This document shows, one piece after another, positions 13,455-26,584 of a stretch of DNA of 64,000 nucleotides; position 1 is the first letter of the stretch, and each line of letters opens with the position of its first letter. The position numbers and the translations under genes were made by a program. Origin of the DNA: Camelus dromedarius (Eukaryota); assembly GCF_036321535.1 (NCBI RefSeq), contig NC_087437.1, positions 103,728,001-103,792,000 on the forward strand. Direction: 5' to 3'. Under the pieces are notes generated by a model. The model did not search any database, was not told where the DNA came from, and saw nothing but the letters and a program-made list of their open reading frames with translations.

Positions 13455-16020
13455 ACAAACTAAGTGGAATATTGTTAAAATGAAAAAAAAAATATGTTCT
13501 GCAAATGGCATTGTTAAGTGAATGAAGTAGAAAGGAATAGAGTGGGAGAAAATATTTTCAAGTCACATATAACAAAAAGACATGTATTCAAAATATCCAG
13601 GGAACTATTAAAACACAAAATAAGAAACCACCCAATTAAAAAGAAGACAAAAGATAAGAAGAGACATCTAACCAAAAAAGATGAACAAACATCAAATAAG
13701 CATATGAATGATGCTCAACATAGGCTTGCACTAGGGAAATGCCAATTAAAACAACAATGAGATACCAATAAACACCTATTAGAATAACTAGAATAAAAAA
13801 AACATCTGACAAGATCAGTTGTGGGTAAGGATATAGAGCAACATGAACTATTATCTAATGCCAGTGAGAGTGCAGAATTGTACAGATATCCTGGAAGATA
13901 GTTTGTTTCTTGCAAAGATAAACATAATCTTACTATATAATCCATCCATTGCACTTCTTAAGTTTTACTCAGCTGATTTGAAAACTATGTTCACAAAAAA
14001 CGTTAACAAGTATATTTATGGTAGCTTTATTCATAGCTGCCCAAAACTGAAAACAACCAAGATGTCCTCGGGAGGTAAATGGAAAAATATACTGTGGTAC
14101 ATCCTTACAATGGGATACTAGTCAGCAATAAAACAAAGAATGAGGTCTCAAGCCAGGTAAAAACATCCACAAACCTTAATGAGTTAAAGAAATAATGAAT
14201 GCAAAATGAAATATTTATTTTAAAATTTGGAGGAAATACATATTTTATTTTTTTAAGAGCTGGAAAAAAAATAGATATTTTACTTTCAATACATAAGACA
14301 TATAGACTACCATAATGGTAAATAAAGATAAGGGCAGTATAAAAAGCAAAGTGGTACAAAGACAGTAAACAGATCAATGGTTGCCATCAGTTTGGAAAAG
14401 GGGCTTGAGTAGTGAAGCAGAGGGGATTACTTAGGGCATTGAAACTATTCCGTATTATTCTGAAATGGTGGACACACTAAGGCTTTGTCAAAGCTCATAG
14501 AACTTTACAGCACAAAGAGTGAATGTGAATATGTAATTCAATAAAAATAATTTAGGAGCTTGAGGGCTTCCAAGAATGGAATATAGATAGTGACAAAAAA
14601 TCTAACTATATTATTTAATGACATAAGTTACACGGAAATGAGTAGAGTTTGAATGAATCAAGGCAAAAGAAATAGCAGAAAAGAACTATACGCTGTCTGA
14701 TAATACTGTTTCCCACAAGGGTATGGGTAAGAAATTCTGAAATCATTATATGAATATCCTATACTTGGACAAGTAACTAAATGGGTGGTGAATGGTGGGA
14801 GACGGGTTTCTCACTACTGGAGCGTGAGTTTAATGACAAGCAAGGGAATTAGCTAGAACAATGTGGTACAGATTCATGTTGGATTCATAAATATGAACTC
14901 ATGTTTAGCTTGATATTAACACAGAAATATATCTACACTAGTAATACAGTTTGCATATATACACTAGTTCACAAACATACAAGCATTTGCTGGCTCTGTT
15001 CACTGTTAAGAATCTAGAAGTAATAACATCCTGTAGCAACAAGCACACTCAGTGCTCAGATCTTGGTTTCTAATACCTTCCTCCAATAAAAGGAACCAGA
15101 ATTCTTTAGGAAACGGTTGTTTCAAGGGCTCCTTCAAGGAAAAGACAAGATGAGCTGGAGCCTCTTACAGTGGAGAAAGTAAGGAAGTGCTCAAAAGAAA
15201 TCACAATAAGGGTCAAAAAGACACAAGAGACAACAGAAAGAGCTCTCAGGCAAAGCTTAAATATTTTGAGACAAAGTAAATGATGTAGTATTGGTTATAA
15301 CCAAACTGCATGAGTCTATACTGCTATAAAGAAATAATTGAATGCATAAGTAAATGAGAGACAATAGACAAATCTCCCATGCAGAAAAACTTCAAAAAAT
15401 GTATTTATACACACCATCTTTAAGAATGTCAATTATAATTCCCAACCCATGAAGTGTGGCCTGATTTCTTTCAAAAAGCACAGTAGAGGGAAGGAGGTAA
15501 CTTTACAGTGGAGAAATCAGACAAACACCACATCAGCCAAGTGATCAAGGTTAACATCATCAATGATTTCATACTGAGATAGTGATACGGTGTGGTTAAG
15601 AATGGCTTTTACCTACGTGGTCTTCCACCCAAGAACTCCTAATCCTAGACTAAGAATAAGAAAAGTATCCGATGAACCCTAATTGAGGGATATTAAACAG
15701 AATATCTCGCTAGTATTCCTCAAAACCGCCAAGGCCATATAAAACAAGGAAAGTAGGAGAAACTGCCACAATTTGAGGATCTCTAAGAGATAGGATGACT
15801 AAAGGTAATGTGGTATTCTGGATGGGATCCTAGAAAGAAAAACACATTAGGTAAAAGATGAGGAAAACCAAGTAAAGCATGGACTTTAACAATAATGTGT
15901 CAATATGGGTTCATGTACTGTAATGGACGTATTACTATAAAATGTTAATAATAAGGGGAACTGGGCCTGAACCTTCCCTGCAACTGTTCTGTAAATCTAA
16001 AACTGCTCTAAAACAAAAAT
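13455..16020 (+). mobile_element. L1MC3/L1MD-like ORF2 tail and long 3' UTR
   Basis: ORF2-like peptides in ORFs 13518 and 13843; 3'UTR motifs tggagaaatcagacaaacaccacatcagccaagtgatcaagg and ggatgggatcctagaa; terminus ctgtaaatctaaaactgctctaaaac. Confidence 0.85.
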
Positions 16021-16094
16021 GAATTGATTAGCTAGGAAACTATTTGGACCTCTCATCACTTTTTCATTGAACAAATGCTTTGTCTAGGAAATTC

Positions 16095-16786
16095 AGATGA
16101 TTTAATGATAAAGTATTTTTAACAGTGGTAAGATGTACGTAACAAAGATTTACCACTTTAACAATTTGAAACGTACAGTCCTGTGGCATTAAGTATATTC
16201 ACGCTGGTGTGCAACAGTCACCACCATTTATATCCAGAACCTTTTCTATTCCCAAACCGAAATTCTATACCCACTAAATAATAACATGCCATTCTCCTAC
16301 CCTCAGGCCCTTGAAACCACCATTATAATTTCTTTCTCTCATATAAGTGGAATCCTGTAATACGTGTCTGGCTTATTTACCTTACCATAATATCTTCAAG
16401 ATTCATCCACGCTGTAGCATGCATCAAAATTCTTCCTTTTTAAAGCAGAATACTACTCCATTGCATGTAATTACCATATGCATTTATCCATTCATCTTTT
16501 AGTAGACACTTGTATTATTTCCATCTTTGGGCTATTGTTAATAATGCTGTTCTGAACACTGATGTATAAATATCCCTCAAATCTCTGCTTTCAATTTCAT
16601 TGAGTATATACCCAGAAGGGGAAATGCTGAATTATATGGTAATTATGTGTTTAAGCTTTCAAGGATTTAAAACATTGATGTACAAATATCTCTTGAATCC
16701 CTGCTTTCTTTTGACTATAAACCCAAAAATGGAAATGCTGAATTATACAGTAATTATGTGTTTATGTTTTTAAGGATTTACCATAG
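16095..16786 (-). mobile_element. L1MB-like 3' end with internal ~115-bp tandem duplication
   Basis: tttaccactttaacaatttgaaacgtacag...gtggcattaagtatattcac...; segment 16555-16669 repeated at 16671-16780. Confidence 0.85.
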
Positions 16787-18234
16787 AATAATTTTTAAAA
16801 AGTTAAACCACCTGAGAAACATATACACTATAACGAGAAAAGAGGCTAAGAAAAAGAGAACTTACTGATGCAGAAAAATATTCGCCAGAAAACTGCTGTC
16901 CTAAAGCAAAGGAAACTTGTGACTAAATATTATAGAATGAGTTTTTAACGATGAAGTCACTTTAATGAAGATCATAGAGTAGACATGAAAGAACACAGAG
17001 AAGAAGAGAAGGAATAACGAAGATGAAAATAATATATGCAGGTCTGGCTTTATTAACTGAAAGAGAACATCTTATGTCAAGAATTATTGGCTCTTAGTTG
17101 TAAAAACAGAAATAAAATTGTATCACCTTTCATGAGATACTGAAAATAAAGAGAATAAATCATTGGCACCTCTTTCTATGTTAAAAATATTTAAATAACT
17201 CATGAGTACAATAATCATATGTGAAAATTATATAGGGCAGATCTAGGTTCATAAATGTTGTCCAGAGTAAATACATAAATAATATCCCTTTTAAATCCAA
17301 GTTTTCCTGATTTGGATAATAAATCAAATGTTCACCCAAGTCATAAAAGAAACTATCAGAGTGGGCTTAAATTTCTCCAGGATAATTTTCAGTACCAGTA
17401 GGCTGGAAAGATCTTAAAGGGTGTCGTAAAGACTTCTGCAAATTGAAAATAGTATTTTCAGCTTTGATATTCTAATGAACAAGCAGCCAAAATACAGTCT
17501 ACATAGAGCACATGAGCTGACATAGTTTCTCAGTGAACGAATATACAACCAAAATTCCTTCAAGCAGAAATAGTACTCCATAATCCAATTGTATCTTTGT
17601 ATACTCTTTAAATTGAATTTTAAGGGCAGCAAAATATCCACATAGCAACTGAAAATCAAGAATGCATGTAAGTGTGTCTATTTAATTCTCTTAATTCTAT
17701 AACACGTTACTTTAAAAAGATTATATGCTGTATTATAGTTGGTCTTTTCCTGTTTGTAAAGTATATAATACATTTCCAAGAAACAGGGAAACAGGTCATT
17801 CCTGTTACTACCTATCAGTATGTAGCATGTACCGTCAGTAGTTGACATGACTTAGCAGTGAACATATTAATGCAAGCCAAAATAATATGAGGGAAAAAAT
17901 GCACATCCACCATCTACCATCACACGTGGTATGTAACTGTACATGTACAGAGGTTATCAAGCCCAGCAAAACCTGAATGCCTTACATTGCCTGGAAGGAG
18001 CTCTTAGCCTTTTCAATATTTCATACCAAATTTAAAACAGCAAATATGATGAGCATTTTGATCAGAGATATGAAATTCAGTTGACTTTGAGCTCAGATGC
18101 CAAAATGAGTGTGAGGATATTGTTAGTATTGTCCTCACAAGGTTTGATTATGGTGTGAGTCAATATACATATGCTATTGAATTCTATATGAAAAATCATT
18201 ATCATCCCATCAGCATTAGCTATTATTATTCTAT

Positions 18235-18611
18235 TAACCACATTCAGTGACTATATACTGAATTTCCTCTATGGCTGGAAAACTTTCCAACATTATACAC
18301 AGGTGAATAAAACAAAGATTCTTCCCATTGTGGAGTTTTTGTAGGTGGACGTATTAGAGAAAGAGAATACAGGCAGTAAAATATTAAATAACTACATCAT
18401 ACTACCTACTGTGTAAGTGCTAAGAAAAACTGAACTAAAATTGAGCAAGATATAGCTGGAATTCTGTATACTGTTTTCTGCAATTTCTTCTGAGATAGTA
18501 ATTATTTAAAAATAAAATTTAAAAATAATAAAATAATTTAAAATGCATACTGTGGTGTGTGGGGTTGAAAGTACAGAGTTGGGAATGCATGCACTTTTAA
18601 TTAGAGGAGTC
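18235..18611 (-). mobile_element. L2 3' fragment, interrupted by the LTR at 18616 and resuming at ~19195
   Basis: gtgaataaaacaaagattcttcccattgtggagttt and ttaattagaggagtcagaa|...|taaaactcactgag resemble antisense L2. Confidence 0.5.
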
Positions 18612-18615
18612 AGAA

Positions 18616-19190
18616 TGTTTCTGGGAGGAGGGAAGTAAGAATTACCTCAGTTCTTAGTCACCCAAGAAAAAAAGGAATTTTTAACGAGGGACAGAAAGTG
18701 TGATGTAAACAAGATTTTATTAGTAAAGTAAAAAGGTAGTAAAATATAGTGTACTCCTGAGAACTGGGAGCAGTGAGTCCAGGAGAGGAAAAATGGTGCA
18801 GCTCCTTTGTTTTCCTGTTTTTATATCCTGGCTTAGGGGCACTTTTGTGATTGATTTATTTATGGCTCAGTTCCTTGTGCTCAGGCATGCCCATCCCTTC
18901 TGTGCAGGTTCTTACCCAGGGTGCACACAGAGAAACCTACAGGAGGTAACATAGCTCAAACTGCTATGTTAATTACATTATAATGAGCATTGGGTCAGGT
19001 TAAGCCGGGTCCTTCTCTCTACTGTGCAGCTGCAGTGTTCGATACTAGCTGGCCTCTTTGCTGGCCCTCATTTAGAGAAAGTATTTTGGAGCCCCTTATC
19101 CTGAGCGCAGGTGTACTGTTATTTTCTGGGTTGCTCCTTCCCCCCACCTCTCCCCTTGCCTGGTGCTCATTTCTATCTAACTGCCTAACA
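18616..19190 (-). mobile_element. ERV1-class solo LTR with 4-bp TSD (agaa)
   Basis: TG...CA termini; agaa duplicated at 18612-18615 and 19191-19194; minus-strand TATA (ggatataaaaa, ~18820) and AATAAA (~18718). Confidence 0.85.
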
Positions 19191-19619
19191 AGAATAAAAC
19201 TCACTGAGTAAATATAATGAGTTGGACACACAGAGCAATAGAGAGCTGATGAGTTAATGAACTAGAGAGATCATTTCTATTCCAAAAATATTCAAATTTA
19301 TTTATTTATTTATTTCTGTAATATGGGGCCAAAAAAAAAAAAAAAAAAAAAAGCCCGCAGGCTGTATTCTGTGTATGTGCCATTGTGTTTGACCTCCACT
19401 TTAAAATAGGAAATACCTCAGAGCAACTGCCTTCTAAATTTAGTCTACGAGCTTTCAGAGCATTTGTTTTGTTAGTGAATAAATGGTTACATGTGAAAAG
19501 AACACTTGAGGCTAATTTTTTACCTCAAGCCTCCTCTTGATTCAATCTAATCATCTACAAGCAAAGTTTTTTTCAAGTTAAAGTATTAACGTGGTTGAAA
19601 TACATGTCAGCTCTCCCCT

Positions 19620-20074
19620 TGTTACCCAACACAGGTTCGTGTGCCTGATGCACCTTAAGGCCAAACAGACCAAAACATGGGAGGCTTATTGCAGGGTCGA
19701 GCAAGGACAATGGGGTGGCTCCTGCCCAAACTCCCTGAAGGGTTCCAGCAAAGCACATTTAAAGGGCAGTTAAGGGACAGGATCGCAGGGTTCATGATCA
19801 GCTCGGGCACAGTTCTCTGATTGGTTGATGTGGAGGTAACAGAGAGGTCAACACTATCAACCCCTAGGCGCCAGATGGCCTGGGGTCTGTGCGCGCATCA
19901 TCATCAAGCAGTTAATCTCTTCCATTTGGTGGTGGTATTTAACATCTGAAAAACTCAAGAAATATGCATGAGATACCATTATCTGGGTACTTCAGAGAGG
20001 AGCTACAGCAGAGGATATGGGGGAGATCGGTCCTGGGAAGGCCCCACTTCCTTCTTGAGTTCTGCCTTGTTATA
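19620..20074 (-). mobile_element. ERV1-class solo LTR with 4-bp TSD (ccct), resembling cetartiodactyl LTRs
   Basis: tgttacc...gttata termini; ccct at 19616-19619 and 20075-20078; CCAAT (ctgattggtt) at ~19820; motifs ggttcgtgtgcctga and ctccctgaagggttccagcaaagc. Confidence 0.8.
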
Positions 20075-20079
20075 CCCTG

Positions 20080-20470
20080 AGCTATTAAATAGACCTCTTA
20101 ACTGATCTCTCTGCCTCCGGGCTCTCTCTCTTTTCAGCTCTCTACCAGATAAAACTTTTTAGACTAAGTATATGACTGGTTTACTCACTTATTCACAGAC
20201 CTTCAATAATTTCTCTGTGGTCTTCTGACCTTCAAAACCAAATGCCTTTATGCCCGCCATTTGGTCTCTCCATTCCTACATTTTGCCCTAGATACACTTT
20301 TATATGACATGCCATTTCTTGCACATCATGTAAACTGTGGCATGATTCAGCCATTTCTTGCTTCTGTTATTTTTCCTGGAATTTTAATTAGCTTTATCTT
20401 TCTGTGGAAATAACATCCCATCTTTTCAGCATTGTACACGGAATCTTGTGTGATTTTCCTGTACCAAGAT
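20080..20470 (+). mobile_element. L2 fragment
   Basis: ctattaaatagacctcttaactgatctctctgcctcc resembles the L2 consensus. Confidence 0.5.
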
Positions 20471-20673
20471 GATCAGCTCTGGTGGAGCTTTACATTCCCT
20501 TATCAGTACTTTTATTACAATATACACTGGCTTGTATTGTAATTCCTCTTACTGGTTTATGTTCCTTGTGAGTTTGAAAAACATTTGCACATGGAAAATT
20601 CATAGTATTTATTTGTTTACTACTCAGAACCAATCTAAAATGAAAAAGATTCCACAGAAAAAACTTATAATAT

Positions 20674-22883
20674 GAGAGAGTGGTAAGATGGTGGCATATG
20701 AAGAGCCTGAAGTTATCTCCTGCCATGGACACAATAAATACACACCTACATGTGAATCAGTTCCATGTGAAAAGAACCTGAGAACTAGCTGGACATTTGC
20801 TCTACAACACATAATAAAAAAACACTACATCAACATGGGTAGAAGAGGCAGAGAAATATTCTCACTAAACATCCCTCCTGCAGCAAGACAGCACACAACT
20901 GGGCGGGATCTCACCAGATGTGCTCTTCCCAGAGGACCAAAGGGCTGGGCCCTACAGCAGGTACCCCGGTTCCTAGGATCTACAATGCAGAGACAAGCCC
21001 CAAAAATGCCTGGCTTTAGAAAACCAATACGGCTGAGGCCCAAGGGTCCCAAAGTGCTATAGAAAACACATATAAACTTTAAGCCCCTTCTAAAAGGCTC
21101 AAACGTGGTAACACTCACCCTGAGACCCAGTGAAATAAAAGTTTGAGAAGTGCTGAAACTATATGTGAAGGAGTGTCATTCGCAAATCTGAAAGAATCAG
21201 CAGGAGGGACAGGGAAAGATGGAAATGCTCCCAGAGGAGGCAATAGCAGACACTTTTGTTGTGCTCCCTGCCTAACCTGCCAGCACAGGTAGATGAGTGA
21301 TAGCAGCAAGCCCCTCCCACACTGCTGAAGACACAGAGGTCCAGTGTTGCAGCATGCCCCCAGGCTCATGCTGGAGAAGGCAGGTGTGAGTGGGCTCAAC
21401 TTTCTCTTGTTCTCTAGTGAAAATCTGCAAGTGTGGGTCACTACAGCAACCCCCACCCCCTGGTTGGGGTTGCTGAGCATAAGCAGTCCTGTTTTTCTCT
21501 GACTCTTACCCTAACACCAATCCTGTGCCAGACAAGGCACTCTCATGCTACACTGCTGAGTCTGTAGGCATGCACAGTCAAGTTATTTTTCTCCTTCCTG
21601 AATTGGAGGGCAAGCGGGGGGATCCTCTACATTTTCAAGCTATGAACTAAAGCTGGGGCTTGGGGGGTATTCACAGTCCACACCACAAGAACATCAAGAG
21701 ATAGAAAATATAAGAAAGTATCAAAGAGAAGTTATAACTGAACTGAAAAATAGTCTAGAGGGGTAAACAGGTAGAAAGGATGCTATAGAGGCACAAATCA
21801 GCAAGCTGGAAGACAAGGACATCATCAAGCAGAATAAAATTTGCATTATAGGGAGTTCCAGGAGGAGAATAGAGAAAAGGAGTAAAAAAAAATTTTTTTT
21901 GAAGAAATAATGGCTGAACATTTGCTTACTCTAGGGAAGGATATAGACATTCAGGTCCAAGAATCTCAGAGAGATAAGGTGAATCCCAAGAGAAACATCC
22001 TGAGATGCATTATAATTAGAATTTTACAAGTTAAGGATAAAGAGAATATCTAAAACACAGCAAGAGAAAAGCAACTTATGCACAAGAGAAATCCCACAAG
22101 GCTATTGGCAGATTTTTTTAGCAGAAACTTTACAGGCCAGAAGGGTGTGGCATGACATATTCAAAGTGCTGAAAGAAAAAAACAAAAAACAAAAAACAAA
22201 AAACTGCCAACCCAAAATTCTATCCAGCAAGATTATCATTCAGGAATAAAAATGGAGGATTTCGAGTTTCACAGATAGGCAAAAGCTAAGGAACTTCAAC
22301 ACCACTAAATAAGCCTCCTACAAAAGTAAAAATCTCACCAGAATGGAAAATAAATAATAAAAGTAGTGCACAAATCACTTATAAAGCAAGTGCAAAGGAT
22401 AAAAAACAAAACTAGCAAAATTAATTAAAAATAAAATACTATGATATGGTGTATATAATGTAAGATGTAAAATATATAGTCAAAAATTATAAAACATGAG
22501 GGAAGGAGGAAATTATAAAGCTGTGGAATGTGTTCAAATCAAGTCACTGTCAACTTAAGAGAGACTGTTAAATACATAGGATATTGTATGTGATCATCAC
22601 AGCAACCACAAAGATAAAACTTATACTAAATACACAAGATGAAATAAGAATGGCATCTTAACACAACACTAAAAAGCATTGAAACCACAAAGGGAGATAG
22701 AAAGAAATAACAGAGGAACTAAAAAACTGCCATAGAACAATTAACAAAATGGTGATAAATTAATATCTATCAATGATTTATTTAAATATAAATGGACTAA
22801 ACCCTCTAATCAATAGACATAGGGTAGCTGACTGAATTAAAAAAAAAACCCTCTATATGCTACCTACAAGAAATTCACTTCAA
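20674..22883 (+). mobile_element. L1 5' portion: 5'UTR, decayed ORF1, spacer, start of ORF2 endonuclease
   Basis: aagatggtggc...gagcctgaagttatctcctgccatggacaca 5'UTR start; ORF1 motifs (gcagaaactttacaggccagaagggtgtggcatgacatattcaaagtgctg); ORF2 start (aaatggactaaaccctctaatcaatagacatagggtagctg...tacaagaaattcacttca). Confidence 0.85.
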
Positions 22884-24315
22884 AATTATGTACAATTAAT
22901 CTTCGATAAAGGAGACAATAATATAGAATGGAGAAAAGTAGTCTCTTTAGCAACTGGTGTTGGGGAAACTGGATAGCAGCATGTAAATCAGTGAAGTTAG
23001 AACACTCCCTCACTCCACACACAAAAATAAACTCAGAATGGCTTAAAGACTTAAACATAAGACAAGACACAATAAACCTCCTAGAAGAAAACATAGGCAA
23101 AATATTCTCTGACATAAATCTTATCAATGTTCTCCTAGGGCAGTCTACCCAGACAATAGAAATAAAAGCAAAAATTAACAGTGGGACCTATTAAACTTAT
23201 AAGCTTTTGCACAGCAAAGGAAACCATAAAGCAAAACAAAACGACAACCTACGGAATGGGAGAAAATATTTGCAAATGATGAGACTGACAGAGGTTTAAT
23301 TTGTAGAATATATAAACAACTCAGACAAATTAGTAACAAAAAAACAAACAACCCAATCAAAAATGGTCAGAAGATATCAGCAATTCTCCAATGAAGACAT
23401 ACAAATGGTCAATGGCCATATGAAAAAAGGCTCAAAAAGTGCTAATTATCAGAGAAATGCAAACCAAAACTACAATGAGGTGTCACCTCTCACCAGTCAG
23501 AACAGCCATCATCCAGAAGTCCATAAACAATAAATTCTGGAGAGGGTGTGGAGAAAAGGGAACACTCCTACACTGCTGTTGGTGATGTAGTTTGGTGCAG
23601 CCATTATGGAAAACAGTATGGAGATTCCTCAAAAAACTAAAAATAGACTTACCATATGGTTCAGCAATCCCACTCCTAGGCATATATCTGGAGGGAATTC
23701 TAAATCAAAGATACACGCACCTCAATGTTCACAGCAGCACTATTTACAATAGCCAAGACATGGAAGCAACCTAAATGTCTACCGACAGGTGACTGGATAA
23801 AGAAGTTGTGGTATATTTATACAGTGGACTATTACTCAGCCAGAAAAAAGAATAAAGTAATGCCATTTGCAGCAACATGGATGGACTTGGAGATTGTCAA
23901 TTCTAAGTGAAGTAAGCCAGAAGGAGAAAGAAAAATAACATATGATATCACTCATATGTGGAATCTAAAAAAAAAGAAAGAAAGAAAGAAAAAGAAAAAA
24001 GAGGACACTAAGAAACTCATCTACAAAAGAAACAAACTCACATAGTAAGCAATCTTATGGTTACTGGGGGAAAGGGTGTGGGAAGGGATAAGTCTGGGAG
24101 TTTGAGATTTGCAAAAGTTAGCCACTACATATAAAAATAGATTTTAAAAAATCAGATTTCTTCTGTATAGTACAGGGAACTATATTCAATATCTTGTAAT
24201 AACCTTTAATGAAAGAGAATATGAAAATGAATATATGTATACACATGCATGACTGGGACATTGTGCTGTACACCAGAAATTGACACATTGTAACTGAGTG
24301 TACTTTAAAAAAATT
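22884..24315 (+). mobile_element. Young camelid-type L1, 5'-truncated
   Basis: ORF2 C-terminal peptides ([38 protein letters not shown]); 3' end gactgggacattgtgctgtacaccagaaattgacacattgtaactga plus A-tail. Confidence 0.9.
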
Positions 24316-24319
24316 TAAA

Positions 24320-25268
24320 ATGAGCAAAGGAACTGAAGAGGAATTTTTTTCAAAGGTGACACACAGATGGCCAATAGGCACATGAAAAAAATTCTCAACG
24401 TCATTAATCATCAGGGAAATGAAAATCAAAACCACAATGCAGTACCAACTCACATCTGTCAGAATGACTGTTATCAAAAAGACAAGAAACAACAAGTATT
24501 GGTGAGGATATGGGGATAAGGAAATCCTAGTGCAATGTTAGTGAGAATCTAAATTGGGGCAGCCAATATGGGGAACGCTACGGAGATTTCTCAAAAAAAC
24601 TAAAAATAGAACTACAATAATATCCATCAATTTCACTTCTTGGTATTTTTCTGGAAAAAAAACACATTTGAAAATATATATGTATGCCTACATTCACTGC
24701 AGTATTATTTACAACAACCATGATATGGGAGCAACTTAAGTGTCCACTGATAGATGAATAGATTTTAAAAAGTGGTGTATATATACAATTGGATATTGGA
24801 TAGCCATAAAAAAGAATGAAGTCCTGCAAGAAGTTGCAACAACATGGTTGGACCTTGAGGGTATTATTTTAAGTGAAATAAGTTAGACAAAAGCAAATAG
24901 CATATGCCAATTTATACATGGAATCTAAACAACAAAACAAGTGAACAAACAAAACAAAACAGAAACAGACTCATAGATATAGAGAACAAATTGTTGATTG
25001 TCAGAGGGGAGAGTGATGGGGAGATGGGTGAAATAAGGAGAGAGACTTAAGAGGTATAAAACTTCAGCTATAAAATAAAGAAATCATGAGGATGCAATGT
25101 ATATAGCACAGAGAATACAGTCAATAATGTTGTAATAAATCTGTATAGACATATGGTAACTAGACTTATTGTGGTGATCACTTTGTAATATATAAATATA
25201 TTAAATCACTCTGTTCTACATCTGAAACTAATATAATATTTTATGTATATTACAAAGTAATTAAAAAA
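24320..25268 (+). mobile_element. Older L1 ORF2 3' end and 3' UTR
   Basis: cagatggccaataggcacatg...gggaaatgaaaatcaaaaccacaatg; 3'UTR ending tgaaactaatataatattttatgt. Confidence 0.85.
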
Positions 25269-25279
25269 CAGGACATAAA

Positions 25280-25698
25280 AAGGGTATTAAGAGATACAAA
25301 CTTCCAGTTGCAAAATAAATGAGTTACAGACATGAAATATACGGTGTGGCAAGATAGTCAGTAACTATGTATATCTTCCTATGAGACATATCATGACTGA
25401 CTTTATTGTAGTGATAATTTTGAAATGTATAGAAATACCGAATCGATATGTTGTGTAACATAGTGTTGTAAGTTAATTACCTTCAAAAAGAAGCAAGCAA
25501 ACTCATAGAAAAAGAGATCAGATTTGTGGTTACCACAGGTGGAGGACAGCGTATTAGATGAAGACAGTCAAAAGGTACAAACTTCCAGTTATAAGATAAA
25601 TAAGCACTAGGGATGTAATGTACAATATGATAACTATAATTAGCACTGCTATATATAATAATGGGAAGTTATTAAGAGAGTAAATCCGGAGAGTTCTT
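25280..25698 (+). mobile_element. L1 3' UTR (Laurasiatherian type), left part; continues at 27264-27445
   Basis: acaaacttccagttataagataaataagcactagggatgtaatg...gagagtaaatccggagagttctt. Confidence 0.8.
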
Positions 25699-26584
25699 CT
25701 CCCCCCACCCCCACGGACTAAAAGATTTATTCTTCCTTTTTTAAAATTATACAACGATAGCATTTTATCTGCTAATAAATGGAATGATTTAAAGACAAAG
25801 ATCATACAAAATGAGCATGACCACAAACTCAGATTAAAACAATACCGATTTTATGGTTTAGAGGAATCATTCTTCATCCTGATGAAAGACATTTACAAAC
25901 AAAATCATGTAAGAAACATATTTAAGTGTTTTCTCTTGTATTTTTCCCAGATGTCACTCCTGGAATTCAAAAAGGTTTTCTGATAAATGTAAGGCAATTT
26001 TTGGCATGCTATAAATACACTACACCAGCAGTTTGCAGAAGTAAAGTTACCAAGACTTGCATGATATTAAAAAATTTGGCAGCTGTTTATAATTAAATCA
26101 ATATCACTCTTTTTGGAAGCACATCTTTGTCAATCAAATTCCTTGGGGTGGCTGCCCCAGTACTCACCAGTTCCTGATTGCTGACATCTGAAATATGTAA
26201 GAATCATGAGTAAAAGGCCAAGCCATTTTAAAATATGTTAGGTCTATTACTATTAAATCACAGATTACCCACTAGTAATATAAACTCATCTAATTTTGCC
26301 CACTTCTATTTCATGTATCTCTATTCTAATAACATGGTCATTGTTGACCATTTTGTATTTGTCTGTCTTCTGTTTTTATATTTGCTTGTCTTTTCTACTA
26401 GAATATCAATAAATGTGTAATTAATAAAAATGTTGTTAAAATTAATTGACAATTGCATAGTATTTTGTCAATTCATAAATTTTAACCATCATTGAATAAC
26501 ACAGTAAGCAGCCATTAAAATTATTAAGAGAAACTGTATAGAAACTGTATTATTAAGAGAAGCTGTACTTTGAGATCAGGTCTC

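Noticed and set aside
17414..17659. 81-aa minus-strand ORF behind a good acceptor (ttgattttcag)
   Set aside because: No convincing donor before the stops and no recognisable peptide
20688..21480. GC-richer ORFs of 97-124 aa; possible promoter or CpG island
   Set aside because: They lie in an L1 5'UTR and CpGs are depleted
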